A stretch of 64,000 nt of DNA from Candidatus Latescibacterota bacterium (GCA_965217585.1 OZ244561.1:7040001-7104000), one strand, 5' to 3'. Shown: positions 10,588-20,790, counted from the first letter of the stretch. Numbers and translations are program-made. The notes: generated from the letters alone by a model not told the origin.

Positions 10588-12303
10588 ATGGACCGTCAAT
10601 GCGCTAGGGCATTGGCCCTGCTGGTCGTTGCACTGGCCTGTGTGGCCAGGGGCGAAAATCCGGTGCAATTCACCGACGTAACAGCTCGAGCAGGAATCTC
10701 CTTCCGGCATGTAAACGGCGCAACCGGAAAGAGATACTTCATAGAAACGATGGGTCCAGGGTGCGCCTTTCTCGACTATAACAGCGACGGATATCTGGAC
10801 ATCTACATGGTAAATGGGCACGATCTGGCCGGGACGAGTCTTGCAAAAGCCACCAATGTTCTGTATCGCAACAACGGCGATGGCACCTTTGCCGACGTCG
10901 CGCAAAAGGCCGGCGTCGGCGACGCGGGCTATGGTATGGGGGTTGTGGCAGCCGACTACGACAACGACGGGGATACAGACCTGTACATCACAAATTACGG
11001 CCCCAATGTCCTCTACCGCAATGACGGCGACGGCAGTTTCACCGACGTCGCGCAAAAGGCCGGCGTCGGCGACGATCGGTGGGGGGTCGGCTGTGCTTTT
11101 CTGGACTACGACAGTGATGGTTATCTGGATCTCTACGTGGCCAATTACGTGGATTTTTCCCTGGAACATCCGCGGGAAACGCTGATTCCTTACCTGCCTG
11201 TGGGAGCCGGCCAGGGGGCTATGACGGATGTCACCGCCTATCCGCATCCAGACGGCTTCAATGGGGCAGCGGATGTGCTCTACCGCAACAGAGGAGATGG
11301 CACCTTTGCCGACGTCACCCGGAGGGCCGGAGTATACAACCCCAAGGGCAAGGGAATGGGTATAGTCTGTAGCGACTACGACAACGACGGGGATGTGGAT
11401 CTCTACGTAGCCAACGACCTGACCCCCAACTTTCTGTACCGCAACAACGGCGACGGCACGTTCACTGATGTGGGGCTTCTAACAGGGGTTGCTTACAGCG
11501 AGGATGGCAAAATGGAGTCGAGTATGGGCGCTGACTTCGGGGACTATGATCGCGATGGGTACATGGATCTCATCGTCCCGAATTTCCAGGGAGAAGCTAC
11601 CAGGCTCTACCGCAATACCGGGGATGGCTTTTTTTCGGATGAATCAGCAACTTCCGGCATAGGAGCAGCGACGCGGGCTTACGTTGGATGGGGAGTGGGC
11701 TTTCTGGACTACGACAACGATGGGGGACTGGATCTCTTTATCGCTGCAGGCCATGTCCTGGACAACGTGAAACTGTTCGACACCAGCACCTCCTATCCCC
11801 AGCGCAACTTTCTCTTCAGAAACAGCGGTCCCGGGAAAATGGGCACGTATACCTTCACCGACGTTTCTGCCGTTGCCGGGGGAGGACTGGCTGTGGCGAA
11901 GTCCAGCCGGGGGACGGCATTGGGGGATTACGACAACGACGGCGACGTGGACATCCTCGTGGTCAATTGCAATGATTCGGCTACGCTGCTGCGCAACGAC
12001 GGCGGGAATCGGGGTCACTGGCTGCGGATCAAAACCGAGGGGGTCCGCAGCAACAGGGATGGGATTGGCGCCCGCATTGAGGCGATCTCGGGGAATTTGA
12101 TCCAGCTCCGGGAAGTCAGGAGTGGCTCCAGCTTGTATTGCCAGAACGATCTCCGCGCATCGTTTGGACTGGGGGATAGAAGCAAGGTGGATCGGATCGA
12201 AATCCGCTGGCCCAGCGGCATCACAGACACTCTCGTAAATCTTTCGGCCGATCAATCCATCGCGGTCAGGGAGGGCTTTGGCCTGATAGAAGCCGGCCGA
12301 TGA
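10588..12303 (+). CDS. CRTAC1-family protein (FG-GAP/VCBS propeller + ASPIC/UnbV)
   Basis: Signal peptide; repeated DYDNDGDxDLY and LYRNxGDGTF; C-terminal SNRDGIGAR...FGLG...IRWPSG. Confidence 0.93.
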   Translation: MDRQCARALALLVVALACVARGENPVQFTDVTARAGISFRHVNGATGKRYFIETMGPGCAFLDYNSDGYLDIYMVNGHDLAGTSLAKATNVLYRNNGDGTFADVAQKAGVGDAGYGMGVVAADYDNDGDTDLYITNYGPNVLYRNDGDGSFTDVAQKAGVGDDRWGVGCAFLDYDSDGYLDLYVANYVDFSLEHPRETLIPYLPVGAGQGAMTDVTAYPHPDGFNGAADVLYRNRGDGTFADVTRRAGVYNPKGKGMGIVCSDYDNDGDVDLYVANDLTPNFLYRNNGDGTFTDVGLLTGVAYSEDGKMESSMGADFGDYDRDGYMDLIVPNFQGEATRLYRNTGDGFFSDESATSGIGAATRAYVGWGVGFLDYDNDGGLDLFIAAGHVLDNVKLFDTSTSYPQRNFLFRNSGPGKMGTYTFTDVSAVAGGGLAVAKSSRGTALGDYDNDGDVDILVVNCNDSATLLRNDGGNRGHWLRIKTEGVRSNRDGIGARIEAISGNLIQLREVRSGSSLYCQNDLRASFGLGDRSKVDRIEIRWPSGITDTLVNLSADQSIAVREGFGLIEAGR

Positions 12304-12312
12304 GGAAGGCGG

Positions 12313-13578
12313 ATGGGAAGGTCTACGGCTGAGCCGCGCAGAAGGGTTATAGTAGCCTGGATCTCAGTATTTTCAGGCCTGGTCCTCCTTCTGTCGGTTG
12401 TGTACTTTGGTCTGCTCCGGGACGCGCTGCCATCTGCGGAGCAGAAACAGGCCCGAACGCTCTACCGCGAGGGAAGTCGCGCGCTCGCTCGGGGTGAGCT
12501 CGAGGTGGCCGTCTCTCTGCTGCGCCAGGCGGTCGAGCTAGACCCCAACCATGCTCTGTCCTCCAACAAACTGGGGGTGGCCTATGCGCGGCGAGGTCTG
12601 GGTCGCAAAGCCCTCGCGGCTTTCCACCGGGCGCTCGAGTTGAGACCCGACCTGGTGGAAGCTCATGTGAATTTGGGACTGGCCTATGCAGAGCAGAACC
12701 AGGTGGTCGAAGCACTCGCCGAATACCAGAAGGCCGTTGCTCTCAATCCCGACTTTGCCGGAGCATACTACAACATGGGGCGCCTCTACCAGAAAGAAGA
12801 ACACTACGCACTGGCAGCCCAGGCCTATGAAAAGGCCGTCGCATTGGTCTCTGATTTCCTTCAAGCCCACAACAATCTGGCCCTGGTCTACGCCCGCCTG
12901 GGGCGTTTCACCGAGGCCATAGCGCAGTCTGAGAAGGCGCTTGCTCTAGATCCGCGCCAATCCAGAGTCTATTACAATCTGGGGCTGATCTACGCCGAAC
13001 AGGACGACTACGAAAAGGCGCCAGAATTCCTTCAAAAAGCCATCGCTTACAATCCTCGTGCATCCAGGGCCTTCTACCATCTGGGGCTGATCTACGCCGA
13101 GCAAGGCCGCTACGATGAGGCAGAGGCAAACTACCGGCGGGCCCTGGAAATCGATCCGGATTATGCGCATGCTCACTACAAATTGGGTTTGATCTATGCA
13201 AAGAGGCGTCGCTACAATGAGGCGCTTTTGCACTATCAGCGCGCTCTTGAGATAGATCCGGATCTCGCCGAAGCTCACTATAGACTTGGACAGCTCTTTC
13301 TACGTCAGGGCCGGTCAGAAGAAGGGCGAAAAGAATTAGAACGGTTTGAAACCCTTACCACCTATCAGAAGGAGATTCAGATCCCCAAACGCGCGCTTTT
13401 AAGGGACCCTGGCGATATGGACACCCGTTGCGATCTAGCGCTCGTCTACCTGAAATACGGGCGCTACGATGAGGCCCTCAGGGAATGCCAGGAGATGCTG
13501 CGGCAACAACCCGCTTCTGCGCGAGCACGTCGCCTGCTCCAGGAAGTGAAAAACCGTCAGAAAGCCGCAGGTCTGTAG
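12313..13578 (+). CDS. Membrane-anchored TPR protein
   Basis: N-terminal TM helix; ~10 canonical 34-aa TPRs (AHxNLGLxY); a 22-bp DNA repeat with 102-bp period at 12977/13079. Confidence 0.92.
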   Translation: MGRSTAEPRRRVIVAWISVFSGLVLLLSVVYFGLLRDALPSAEQKQARTLYREGSRALARGELEVAVSLLRQAVELDPNHALSSNKLGVAYARRGLGRKALAAFHRALELRPDLVEAHVNLGLAYAEQNQVVEALAEYQKAVALNPDFAGAYYNMGRLYQKEEHYALAAQAYEKAVALVSDFLQAHNNLALVYARLGRFTEAIAQSEKALALDPRQSRVYYNLGLIYAEQDDYEKAPEFLQKAIAYNPRASRAFYHLGLIYAEQGRYDEAEANYRRALEIDPDYAHAHYKLGLIYAKRRRYNEALLHYQRALEIDPDLAEAHYRLGQLFLRQGRSEEGRKELERFETLTTYQKEIQIPKRALLRDPGDMDTRCDLALVYLKYGRYDEALRECQEMLRQQPASARARRLLQEVKNRQKAAGL

Positions 13579-13680
13579 GTATAAAATAGGCGGTGTTACT
13601 CCCTTTTTAACGCGCTTTCACCTCGAAGCTTACATGAGCTAATATTCAAACCTATTTGAAGGAATGGAGAAAGAACAGTC

Positions 13681-15696
13681 ATGGGATCTTCAACGCAAGA
13701 CGAACGCGTGCTCGCCCGGATCGACCTCAGCGGGGTCACCCCCACCTGGCTCTGGCACTCCTACAGCGCTGGCACAGTGGAAAAAGAGCGCCTGAGAGAC
13801 TGGTGGGACGCCTTCCGCCACCCGCACTGGCAGCCGACCACCTACTGGGCCGTCGTTCCCGACGAGAGGGATGCCCGGTATCTGCTGAGCTTGCTCGGCG
13901 ACCGCATGCTCCTCACCGGCGAGAGGGAGTGGCGCGACTACACTATTACCGCCGGGGTGCGCCAGTTCCACGCCTTCAACATCTCCCCCTCTGTCAATCT
14001 CTCCTATCGCTCAGACTGCCTCAATGGGCTGGTGTTTCGGGTCCGCGACGTGCGCAGCTACTACTTCTATTGCCTGGAAAACTACGATCGGGTGACGCTC
14101 TACCGCATCGAGGACGACAACCAGTGGGTGCTCGGCCAGGAGTTCGTCCAGATCGACCGCACTAAGTTCCACGTCCTGAGCGTCCGCTGCCAGGGCGATC
14201 GCATCACCTGTCTGTTCGACGGGCGGCAGATCTTCGCGGCCATAGATGACGCGTATCCTTCGGGCTGGTGCGGACTGCGCGCCAACAGCAAGGCCGGCTT
14301 CCGCGGGGTAAAGGTCACCGCGGACGAAGTCGGCTGGAATGTCTACCTGAACACCAAGGACAGGAAGGAGCGGGAACTGGCCGACCTGCGCGCCGAGTAC
14401 CCTCAGCCGGTATTCGACCGGGAGATTCCCAGACCTCTGCCCGGGCCGGGAAGCCTGCAGCTGAGGCGCGTGGATGCAGAGGACCGGTGGGGCTTCTTCT
14501 GGCTGGCGGGTGAAGGCGCAGGTCCGGAGCGGGTCGCCGCGGCCTCGATGGAGGGCGAGGTGCTGTGGACGGCCGACCTGGAAGGAGCCGCGGAGGAGAA
14601 TCCTGCGCCTGCCTTGCCCAAGGCTTATGACATCGACCACGACGGGTACGACGAGCTGTTGATCTTGGATGCAAACAAGGTAAAGGTCTTCTCCGGTCGG
14701 ACGGGGGAGCTGATGGCCGAGCGCGATTTCCCCATGGCCGGTCCCCTGATGGGCGTGCCCGGCCGGCCCGCGCCCATCGGGTACATGTACGCGGTCCAGT
14801 TCAGGAAGCCTCCGGCTCCCATGGACATCATCCTGCTGGACGCAGATCCCGGTGGGGGGCGGAATGTCTGGTGCTACGACCACCATCTCGACCTCCGCTG
14901 GCACCGGCTCCTGCCCTTTCCCTTCGGCCACAACATGTGCTTTTTCGATGTGAACGGAGATGGCGGCGACGAGGCCATGCTGGGCCACTGCCTGATCGAC
15001 GGGGACGGTGAACTCCTCTGGTCCATCGAAGAGATGCACTATATCCCCTATGGGGCCATGGGCATCCACGCCGACAGCGTGGTCATCGGGGACCTCGAGG
15101 GCAATGGCACTTTGCGCCTGGCCTCGGTGGCCGGCGACGACGGGGTGCTCTTTGTGGATGCGGCCACCGGCGAACTTTTGCGCCGGGACCGACTCGGCCA
15201 CGCCCAGGGCATCTCCGCGGCCAGCTACCTCAAGGACGAGCCGGGCATCCAGGTGCTGGCCGGGACGCGCCACCGCGCCTACGGCATCTTCGCGCTCTAC
15301 AACGGGCGCGGGGATCGCCTCTTCCGCTGGCAGCCGGACAGGGTCAACCAGAACGGCCGGCCGGTGAACTGGCGGGGGGACGGCGAGGAATTGCTCTTAC
15401 TGAACTCGCCCGATTCGGGCCACGGCCTTTTCGACGCGCGGGGCCGGCTGGTGGTGCCCTTCACCGATGAACTCGAAAAGCTCAACTCCGGAGTGATCCC
15501 TCACAGCTTCGGGGATGACCCCCGCGACCAGTTGCTGGCCCTCACTCCAGAGCGGATCGCTCTCTATCGGCAGGACCGGCCGATCCCTGCGACGCAGGAA
15601 AAAGTCTACTGCCCTGTGCGGGATTACTGGAGAGGGAAAACCATCGGCGTGATTTCGCATCCGAACTGGGTGGAACGCGATAAAAAGGCGGAATGA
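13681..15696 (+). CDS. Rhamnogalacturonan lyase family 11-like beta-propeller with N-terminal LamG/DUF1080-like domain
   Basis: GHN..FDVNGDGGDE..LG...ID.DG, HADS..IGD and GHAQ resemble PL11 (YesW/YesX) motifs; N-terminal jelly-roll pattern (D..YPSG.CGL). No signal peptide seen. Confidence 0.6.
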   Translation: MGSSTQDERVLARIDLSGVTPTWLWHSYSAGTVEKERLRDWWDAFRHPHWQPTTYWAVVPDERDARYLLSLLGDRMLLTGEREWRDYTITAGVRQFHAFNISPSVNLSYRSDCLNGLVFRVRDVRSYYFYCLENYDRVTLYRIEDDNQWVLGQEFVQIDRTKFHVLSVRCQGDRITCLFDGRQIFAAIDDAYPSGWCGLRANSKAGFRGVKVTADEVGWNVYLNTKDRKERELADLRAEYPQPVFDREIPRPLPGPGSLQLRRVDAEDRWGFFWLAGEGAGPERVAAASMEGEVLWTADLEGAAEENPAPALPKAYDIDHDGYDELLILDANKVKVFSGRTGELMAERDFPMAGPLMGVPGRPAPIGYMYAVQFRKPPAPMDIILLDADPGGGRNVWCYDHHLDLRWHRLLPFPFGHNMCFFDVNGDGGDEAMLGHCLIDGDGELLWSIEEMHYIPYGAMGIHADSVVIGDLEGNGTLRLASVAGDDGVLFVDAATGELLRRDRLGHAQGISAASYLKDEPGIQVLAGTRHRAYGIFALYNGRGDRLFRWQPDRVNQNGRPVNWRGDGEELLLLNSPDSGHGLFDARGRLVVPFTDELEKLNSGVIPHSFGDDPRDQLLALTPERIALYRQDRPIPATQEKVYCPVRDYWRGKTIGVISHPNWVERDKKAE

Positions 15697-15836
15697 TAGG
15701 GAACACCGGCAAGTAGGCATGCGGGCCTTCCGGACCGAGGATTTTGACTTTTTCGCTCTCCCCGTAAAAATCGTATATTCTGCGGCAGTAATCCTGAGAT
15801 AGGAGGTCGTCACATGAACAATTCAAGACCATTAGC

Positions 15837-17828
15837 ATGACAAAAGGAGTCCGGCTTATTCGCGAGCGGTTCGTCGGGCTTATTCACGAGCGGGAAAGGG
15901 CAACAGCGAGCGCGCTCACCTCGGGCTTCACCCTGAGGGCCTTGCTGATCGGGACTGCACTGTCCGCCGCGATCGGCATTGGAAATCCTTACGGGAAACT
16001 GCTGATCCAGGGTACGTACATGGACCTTCCAGCTCCCTTCCTCCTCTTCTTCGTCTGGCTCGTCTTCGCCCAGACGCTTTTGGGGAGGATCCGGAGGTCG
16101 CTGGCGCTGACCCGGGGGGAGTTGATCGTCATCTACGTGATGATGCTGGTCGCCACGGCCATCCCGGTTTTGAGCCTCATGCTCTTTACCTTTCTCTCCG
16201 GAGCGCTCTACTACGCTACCTCGGCGAACAACTGGGTTGAGATGGTTCTTCCCTACATCCCCCGGTGGATGATCCCTCAGAGCGAGGAGGCCGTGCGGAG
16301 ATTCTACGAGGGTTTGCCCGCGGACGCCTCTATTCCCTGGGGTGCCTGGACCGAGTCCCTTTTCTGGTGGCTGGTGCTCATCGGGGGGTTTTACCTAGCG
16401 GCGATCAGTCTCATGGTGATCCTGAGGAAGCAATGGGTGGACCACGAGCATCTGATCTATCCCTTGGCCCGCTTCCCTTTGGCCATGCTCCCCGAGGAGG
16501 GGGCGGCGAAACTCCTCCCCTCGTTCTTCAAGAAGGCTCCTCTCTGGATAGGTCTGGGCCTCTCCTTTGCCGTGCTCAGCTTCAATGCCCTGCACAACTA
16601 CCATCCCTTTGGCCAGCCTCTAAGCCTGACGGCACGTATTACCCCTTTCGAGGGTGGTGTCCCTCTCAACCTCAGACTGAGTTTTTTGATCCTCGGGTTC
16701 TCCTACCTCATTCAGACCAAAGTGGCTTTCAGTTTATGGGTGTTTTACCTGCTCAGGAATTTGGAGGAAACCGTCCTGAGTATTCTGGGGATTATGATAT
16801 ACGAGCGCCTGGCTCCTTTCAGCGGCTGGGGAGGAGTCAGGGTGATCCTGGGGCATCAGACCATGGGCGCGATGTTCGTCTTTGTCGCCGTGATGCTGTG
16901 GTTTGGCCGCGAACACCTGAAGCAGGTGCTGAAAAAAGCCTTTAGAGGGGATGCTGCAGTCGACGATTCGGGGGAGATACTTTCCTACCGGGGAGCGGTG
17001 CTGGGGGCCTTCGTCGGGATTTTAGCCGTCGGGCTCTGGCTCTGGAGGGCAGGGCTTCCCCTCTGGATTGTGCCCCTATTCCTCCTCGCCGCGTTCACGA
17101 TTTTCCTCGCGCTCACCCGCGTTATCGCCGAGACCGGCCTGCCCACTGTGCCACAACGGCTCATCCCAAGCGATGTGATTGTACTGGGGGTAGGTTCCGC
17201 CTTTGTCGGGGGAAAAGGCATGATCGCCCTGGCCTCCACCTTTGTGTGGGCGATTGATTCGGGCAGCCTGATGAACAACGTAGCCCATGGACTGAAGATA
17301 GGCGGAGACTTGTCGGGAGACCGGCGGCCACTCTTTGGGGCCATAGTCCTGGCCCTGGTCGTGAGTTTAGCGGTCTCTATCGCGACCATCGGGCTCCTGG
17401 CCTATAGCCACGGTGCCACCAATTTGTCTTCCCACCACTTTGTCAACTACCCCCGCTATCCCTTTGATTACGCCGCGGACAGAATAACCCATCCCGAGGG
17501 GCCGAGCAGGCTGGGCTGGATGCTGACCGGGATTGGAGGGGGCGTCATGGGGGGATTGATGCTTCTGCAGCGCTACTTTCTCTGGTGGCCGCTCCACCCC
17601 ATTGGCTTCATAGTCTCGACGAATTGGGTGATGAACAACATCTGGTTCACGATCTTGCTGGCGTGGCTCATCAAGTCCTCCGTGCTCAAATACGGCGGGC
17701 CGAAGATTTACCAGAAGACCGTACCCTTTTTTATGGGGCTCACCCTGGGTCACTTCATCGCCGCCGGCTTCTGGCTCCTGGTGGACGGGTTTTTGGGAAG
17801 GCCGGGGACCCGGATCACGTTTTATTAG
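15837..17828 (+). CDS. Polytopic membrane protein, DUF6785/DUF6784 (OPT-like putative transporter)
   Basis: 663 aa, many TM helices; T.RALLIG, LRKQWVDHE.L.YPL, WWPLHPIGF, KYGG...Y....PFF.GL.LG motifs. Confidence 0.8.
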   Translation: MTKGVRLIRERFVGLIHERERATASALTSGFTLRALLIGTALSAAIGIGNPYGKLLIQGTYMDLPAPFLLFFVWLVFAQTLLGRIRRSLALTRGELIVIYVMMLVATAIPVLSLMLFTFLSGALYYATSANNWVEMVLPYIPRWMIPQSEEAVRRFYEGLPADASIPWGAWTESLFWWLVLIGGFYLAAISLMVILRKQWVDHEHLIYPLARFPLAMLPEEGAAKLLPSFFKKAPLWIGLGLSFAVLSFNALHNYHPFGQPLSLTARITPFEGGVPLNLRLSFLILGFSYLIQTKVAFSLWVFYLLRNLEETVLSILGIMIYERLAPFSGWGGVRVILGHQTMGAMFVFVAVMLWFGREHLKQVLKKAFRGDAAVDDSGEILSYRGAVLGAFVGILAVGLWLWRAGLPLWIVPLFLLAAFTIFLALTRVIAETGLPTVPQRLIPSDVIVLGVGSAFVGGKGMIALASTFVWAIDSGSLMNNVAHGLKIGGDLSGDRRPLFGAIVLALVVSLAVSIATIGLLAYSHGATNLSSHHFVNYPRYPFDYAADRITHPEGPSRLGWMLTGIGGGVMGGLMLLQRYFLWWPLHPIGFIVSTNWVMNNIWFTILLAWLIKSSVLKYGGPKIYQKTVPFFMGLTLGHFIAAGFWLLVDGFLGRPGTRITFY

Positions 17829-17922
17829 GCCCTGCCGTTGAGCGGGCATACAGGGTTAGAGTTTTGATCGCAAGAAATTCAGCCTCGACCATTTCGACGC
17901 CAATTACCACAGGAGGGAGTGT

Positions 17923-18672
17923 ATGGAAACCCTGATAGCCGGTGGCATCCTAATGATTCCTCTGGGGGTATGCGCCATTCTGGCGCTGACCTTTATCCTC
18001 GAAAGAGCCTGGGTGCTGAGCCGCATCCCCAGTGAAGAAGCCGCCCAGTCCACCCTGGAAGAGACCGAACGGGTGCTCGCAAATGAAGGGGAGGTCGCCG
18101 TGGCCCAGTACTGCAGCGATCACAAGGGCCCTCTCAACTTCATCTTTGCGGCCCTGCTCAAACGCTTCGATACCCTCATGCTGGAGCGCCGCGAATTCCA
18201 GGCCACCAACCAGCGCCTAGCGCGCCTGGCCGAGCAGGCCGGCGGCGGCAACCTGTCTCATTTTCTTTTGCAGCAGAAGGAGCTGGCCGATCTCAAAGAA
18301 GAGTTGATCCTGGAGACCGACGAAGCCGGCAAGGTCTACCTGAGCCGCTACCTGGTGGTGCTGAACACCATCGGCAATATCGCGCCACTGCTGGGGCTGT
18401 TCGGCACCATCCTGGGGATGATCTCGGCCTTTGAGGCCATTGCCGTGGCCGGGACCGGGGATCCCAAGGTCGTCGCCGGGGGGATCTCCCAGGCTTTGAT
18501 CACCACGGCCACAGGGCTGGCCATCGCCATCCCCACCATCGTGGCCTACCGCTATCTGGCCCGTTGGGCCGATGCGCAGCGCAGCAAGCTCGAAGTCTAC
18601 GGCCTGGCCTTTGTCAACAGCCTGCTCATCGCCGGCCAGGCCCAGCTGGAGGGCGAGGGGGCCAGCGGCTGA
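17923..18672 (+). CDS. exbB: MotA/TolQ/ExbB proton channel family protein
   Basis: GG.LMIPL...ER; IAPLLGLFGTILGMISAF; VAGGISQALITTA.GL.IAIP; RBS AGGAGG. Confidence 0.92.
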   Translation: METLIAGGILMIPLGVCAILALTFILERAWVLSRIPSEEAAQSTLEETERVLANEGEVAVAQYCSDHKGPLNFIFAALLKRFDTLMLERREFQATNQRLARLAEQAGGGNLSHFLLQQKELADLKEELILETDEAGKVYLSRYLVVLNTIGNIAPLLGLFGTILGMISAFEAIAVAGTGDPKVVAGGISQALITTATGLAIAIPTIVAYRYLARWADAQRSKLEVYGLAFVNSLLIAGQAQLEGEGASG

Positions 18673-19101
18673 TGGCACTTGTACACCGACGTTCGCGCGA
18701 AAGTTTGATCGCAGAGCGGGGCCCCCGATCTGACCCCGATGATCGACTGCGTGTTCTTGCTGCTGATCTTCTTCATGGGCACCACCGTCTTCAAGCAGCC
18801 GCACACCCTGCAGGTAGAGCTGCCCGAAGCGCGAAAGTCCACCCTGGTCGAGGAGAAGAAACTGGTAGCCACCATCATCACCGACGGGCGCATGGAGATC
18901 AACCGCTATCCGGTGACCCTGGCCGACTTGCCGGCCGTGCTGAGGCGCGAAAAGCAGACGACCCGCAGTCTGACCTTGATCATCCGCACCGACAAAAAGA
19001 CCCGGTACGGGCTGGTGCTCAAGGTCATGGAGATTGCCAAGCGGCTCAATGTCGCCAAGGTGGTGCTGGCCACCGAGGCACTCAAGGAAGACGAGAGCTG
19101 A
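18672..19101 (+). pseudogene. exbD: ExbD/TolR biopolymer transporter with an apparent 1-bp frameshift (possibly a sequencing error)
   Basis: ATG 18672 overlaps the exbB stop and reads MALVHRRSRESLIAERG. The conserved DLTPMIDCVFLLLIFFM and IRTDK..RY..V.KVM are in another frame, closed by TGA at 18706. Removing one C from the C5 run at 18722-18726 joins them. Confidence 0.8.
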
Positions 19102-19302
19102 GCGCGGCCAGTCTTTTCTGCGACGTTGCACGCATAGGCCCCGCGCCCAAAACTGCCGCAACCGACCACGCCGACCCGCTGGGGACAGTCTGCCCTGTCC
19201 ACCTCGTCGCCAGAAAGGGTTAGATCGCCGTGCTGTTCCCCTCTTCTCTGTCGCTGGTGATGTCTATTTTTTTGAGATGATATGCACGGAAGGAGCGTTT
19301 TG

Positions 19303-20790
19303 ATGGCTGCGTTGTCTGGGGCACGACCGAATATCGTTTTTATCTGTTCCGATCAGCACGCGTTTCGCTACACGGGTTATGCGGGGCATCCCATTGTGAA
19401 GACGCCCAATATGGATCGCATTGCAGAGCATGGGGTGGTCTTTACCAATACGTATTGCGGCAGCCCGGTGTGTGCGCCCAGCCGGGCCTCTTTGATGACG
19501 GGCATGTATCCGTCGGATGTGGGGTCTTATTGCAATTCGACGGTGTGGGACGGCAGTCATCCGACCTGGGGCACGCGATTGAGTGAGGCGGGATACGATT
19601 GCCGGGCCACCGGGAAGTTTGATTTGCACGATGATTTTCCGCGCGGGTTTAAAGAGATCGACGTGATCAACGGGCACTGCAGGCGGCCGGACATCACGTC
19701 CCTTTTTCGCCGGCCACCGTGTTATCGCATGGGTGAGCGCGAGGGGGTAGACGGTGCACCGCGCAATGAGCGGCACGGGGATGCCAAGAAGACGGATGTG
19801 GCCCTGGATTTTATCCGGGGCGAATCGCTTGATCTGGAGACGCCCTGGCTGTTTTACCTGGGATTGAGTGAACCTCATCCGAAATTTGTCGCCTTGCAGA
19901 AATACTGGGATATGTATGCCGAAGTGGACATGGATTTGCCGGATATCCGAGCAGATGATCTGGAAGAATTGCATCTGGTGTATCAGGCGATGCGGCATTT
20001 TAAACGGGTCGCTTCACCGATTTCTGAAGATCGCATCCGTCGGGCGCGAGCGGGATATTACGGGATGATTGCGGAACTGGATGAATATATCGGTCAGGTG
20101 TGGGATGCCCTGGAGGCGACCGGACAATTGCAAAATACCATTTTCATTTATACCTCGGATCACGGTGAGGCGCTGGGCGAACACGGCATGTGGTATAAAA
20201 ACAATTTGTATGAAAATGCGGCACACGTGCCGCTGGTGATGGCCGGGCCGGGTCTGCCGAAGGGGGCAGTTGTCGATACGCCGATGGCGCACGTGGATCT
20301 GGTGGCGACACTGCTGGATCTGGCGGGGGTCCAGATCGCACCGGAACTGCGCGGGCATTCCCTGTTGCCCTTGATCGAGGGATCGGCGAGTGAACATCCA
20401 GGATGGACGTATACAGAATCACATTCGGAGGGGAATTGCACGGGATCGTTTCTTATTCGAAAGGGTGATTGGAAATACATTCATTTCACATGGTATGATG
20501 ATTTGCTGTTTAATGTGAAAGAAGATCCGGGTGAGTTTCACAATCGGGTGAAGGATTCGGATGCGCAAGATGTATTGAGCGAATTGCGCGGGATTTTAAA
20601 TGGGCTGGTGGATACAGAACAGATTACCCGCGATGCATTTGCCGCACAGGATCGGAGATTAAAGGAACTCTTTGACGGCAAAACGGAGGCGGAGATTGCC
20701 GGCTATTTGGCGGGACGTTTGGGGCCGGGGTTAGCGTGCGTGCTGGCCGCTGATATTGTGACGGGCCAGCGCGCAGCAGCTTTAGAATGA
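19303..20790 (+). CDS. Formylglycine-dependent sulfatase (S1; choline-sulfatase-like)
   Basis: RPNIVFICSDQH, CAPSRASLMTG, GKFD, YTSDHG, KNNLYE; ATG 19303 after AGGAG. Confidence 0.93.
   Translation: MAALSGARPNIVFICSDQHAFRYTGYAGHPIVKTPNMDRIAEHGVVFTNTYCGSPVCAPSRASLMTGMYPSDVGSYCNSTVWDGSHPTWGTRLSEAGYDCRATGKFDLHDDFPRGFKEIDVINGHCRRPDITSLFRRPPCYRMGEREGVDGAPRNERHGDAKKTDVALDFIRGESLDLETPWLFYLGLSEPHPKFVALQKYWDMYAEVDMDLPDIRADDLEELHLVYQAMRHFKRVASPISEDRIRRARAGYYGMIAELDEYIGQVWDALEATGQLQNTIFIYTSDHGEALGEHGMWYKNNLYENAAHVPLVMAGPGLPKGAVVDTPMAHVDLVATLLDLAGVQIAPELRGHSLLPLIEGSASEHPGWTYTESHSEGNCTGSFLIRKGDWKYIHFTWYDDLLFNVKEDPGEFHNRVKDSDAQDVLSELRGILNGLVDTEQITRDAFAAQDRRLKELFDGKTEAEIAGYLAGRLGPGLACVLAADIVTGQRAAALE

Noticed and set aside
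15744-15779. Possible sigma70 promoter TTGACT...TATATT
   Set aside because: The spacer is 24 bp (15 bp to TAAAAA); not supportable.
19113-19260. Cobalamin riboswitch near exbBD
   Set aside because: Only a partial CCGCAAC match, the other conserved boxes are missing, and it lies downstream of exbD.
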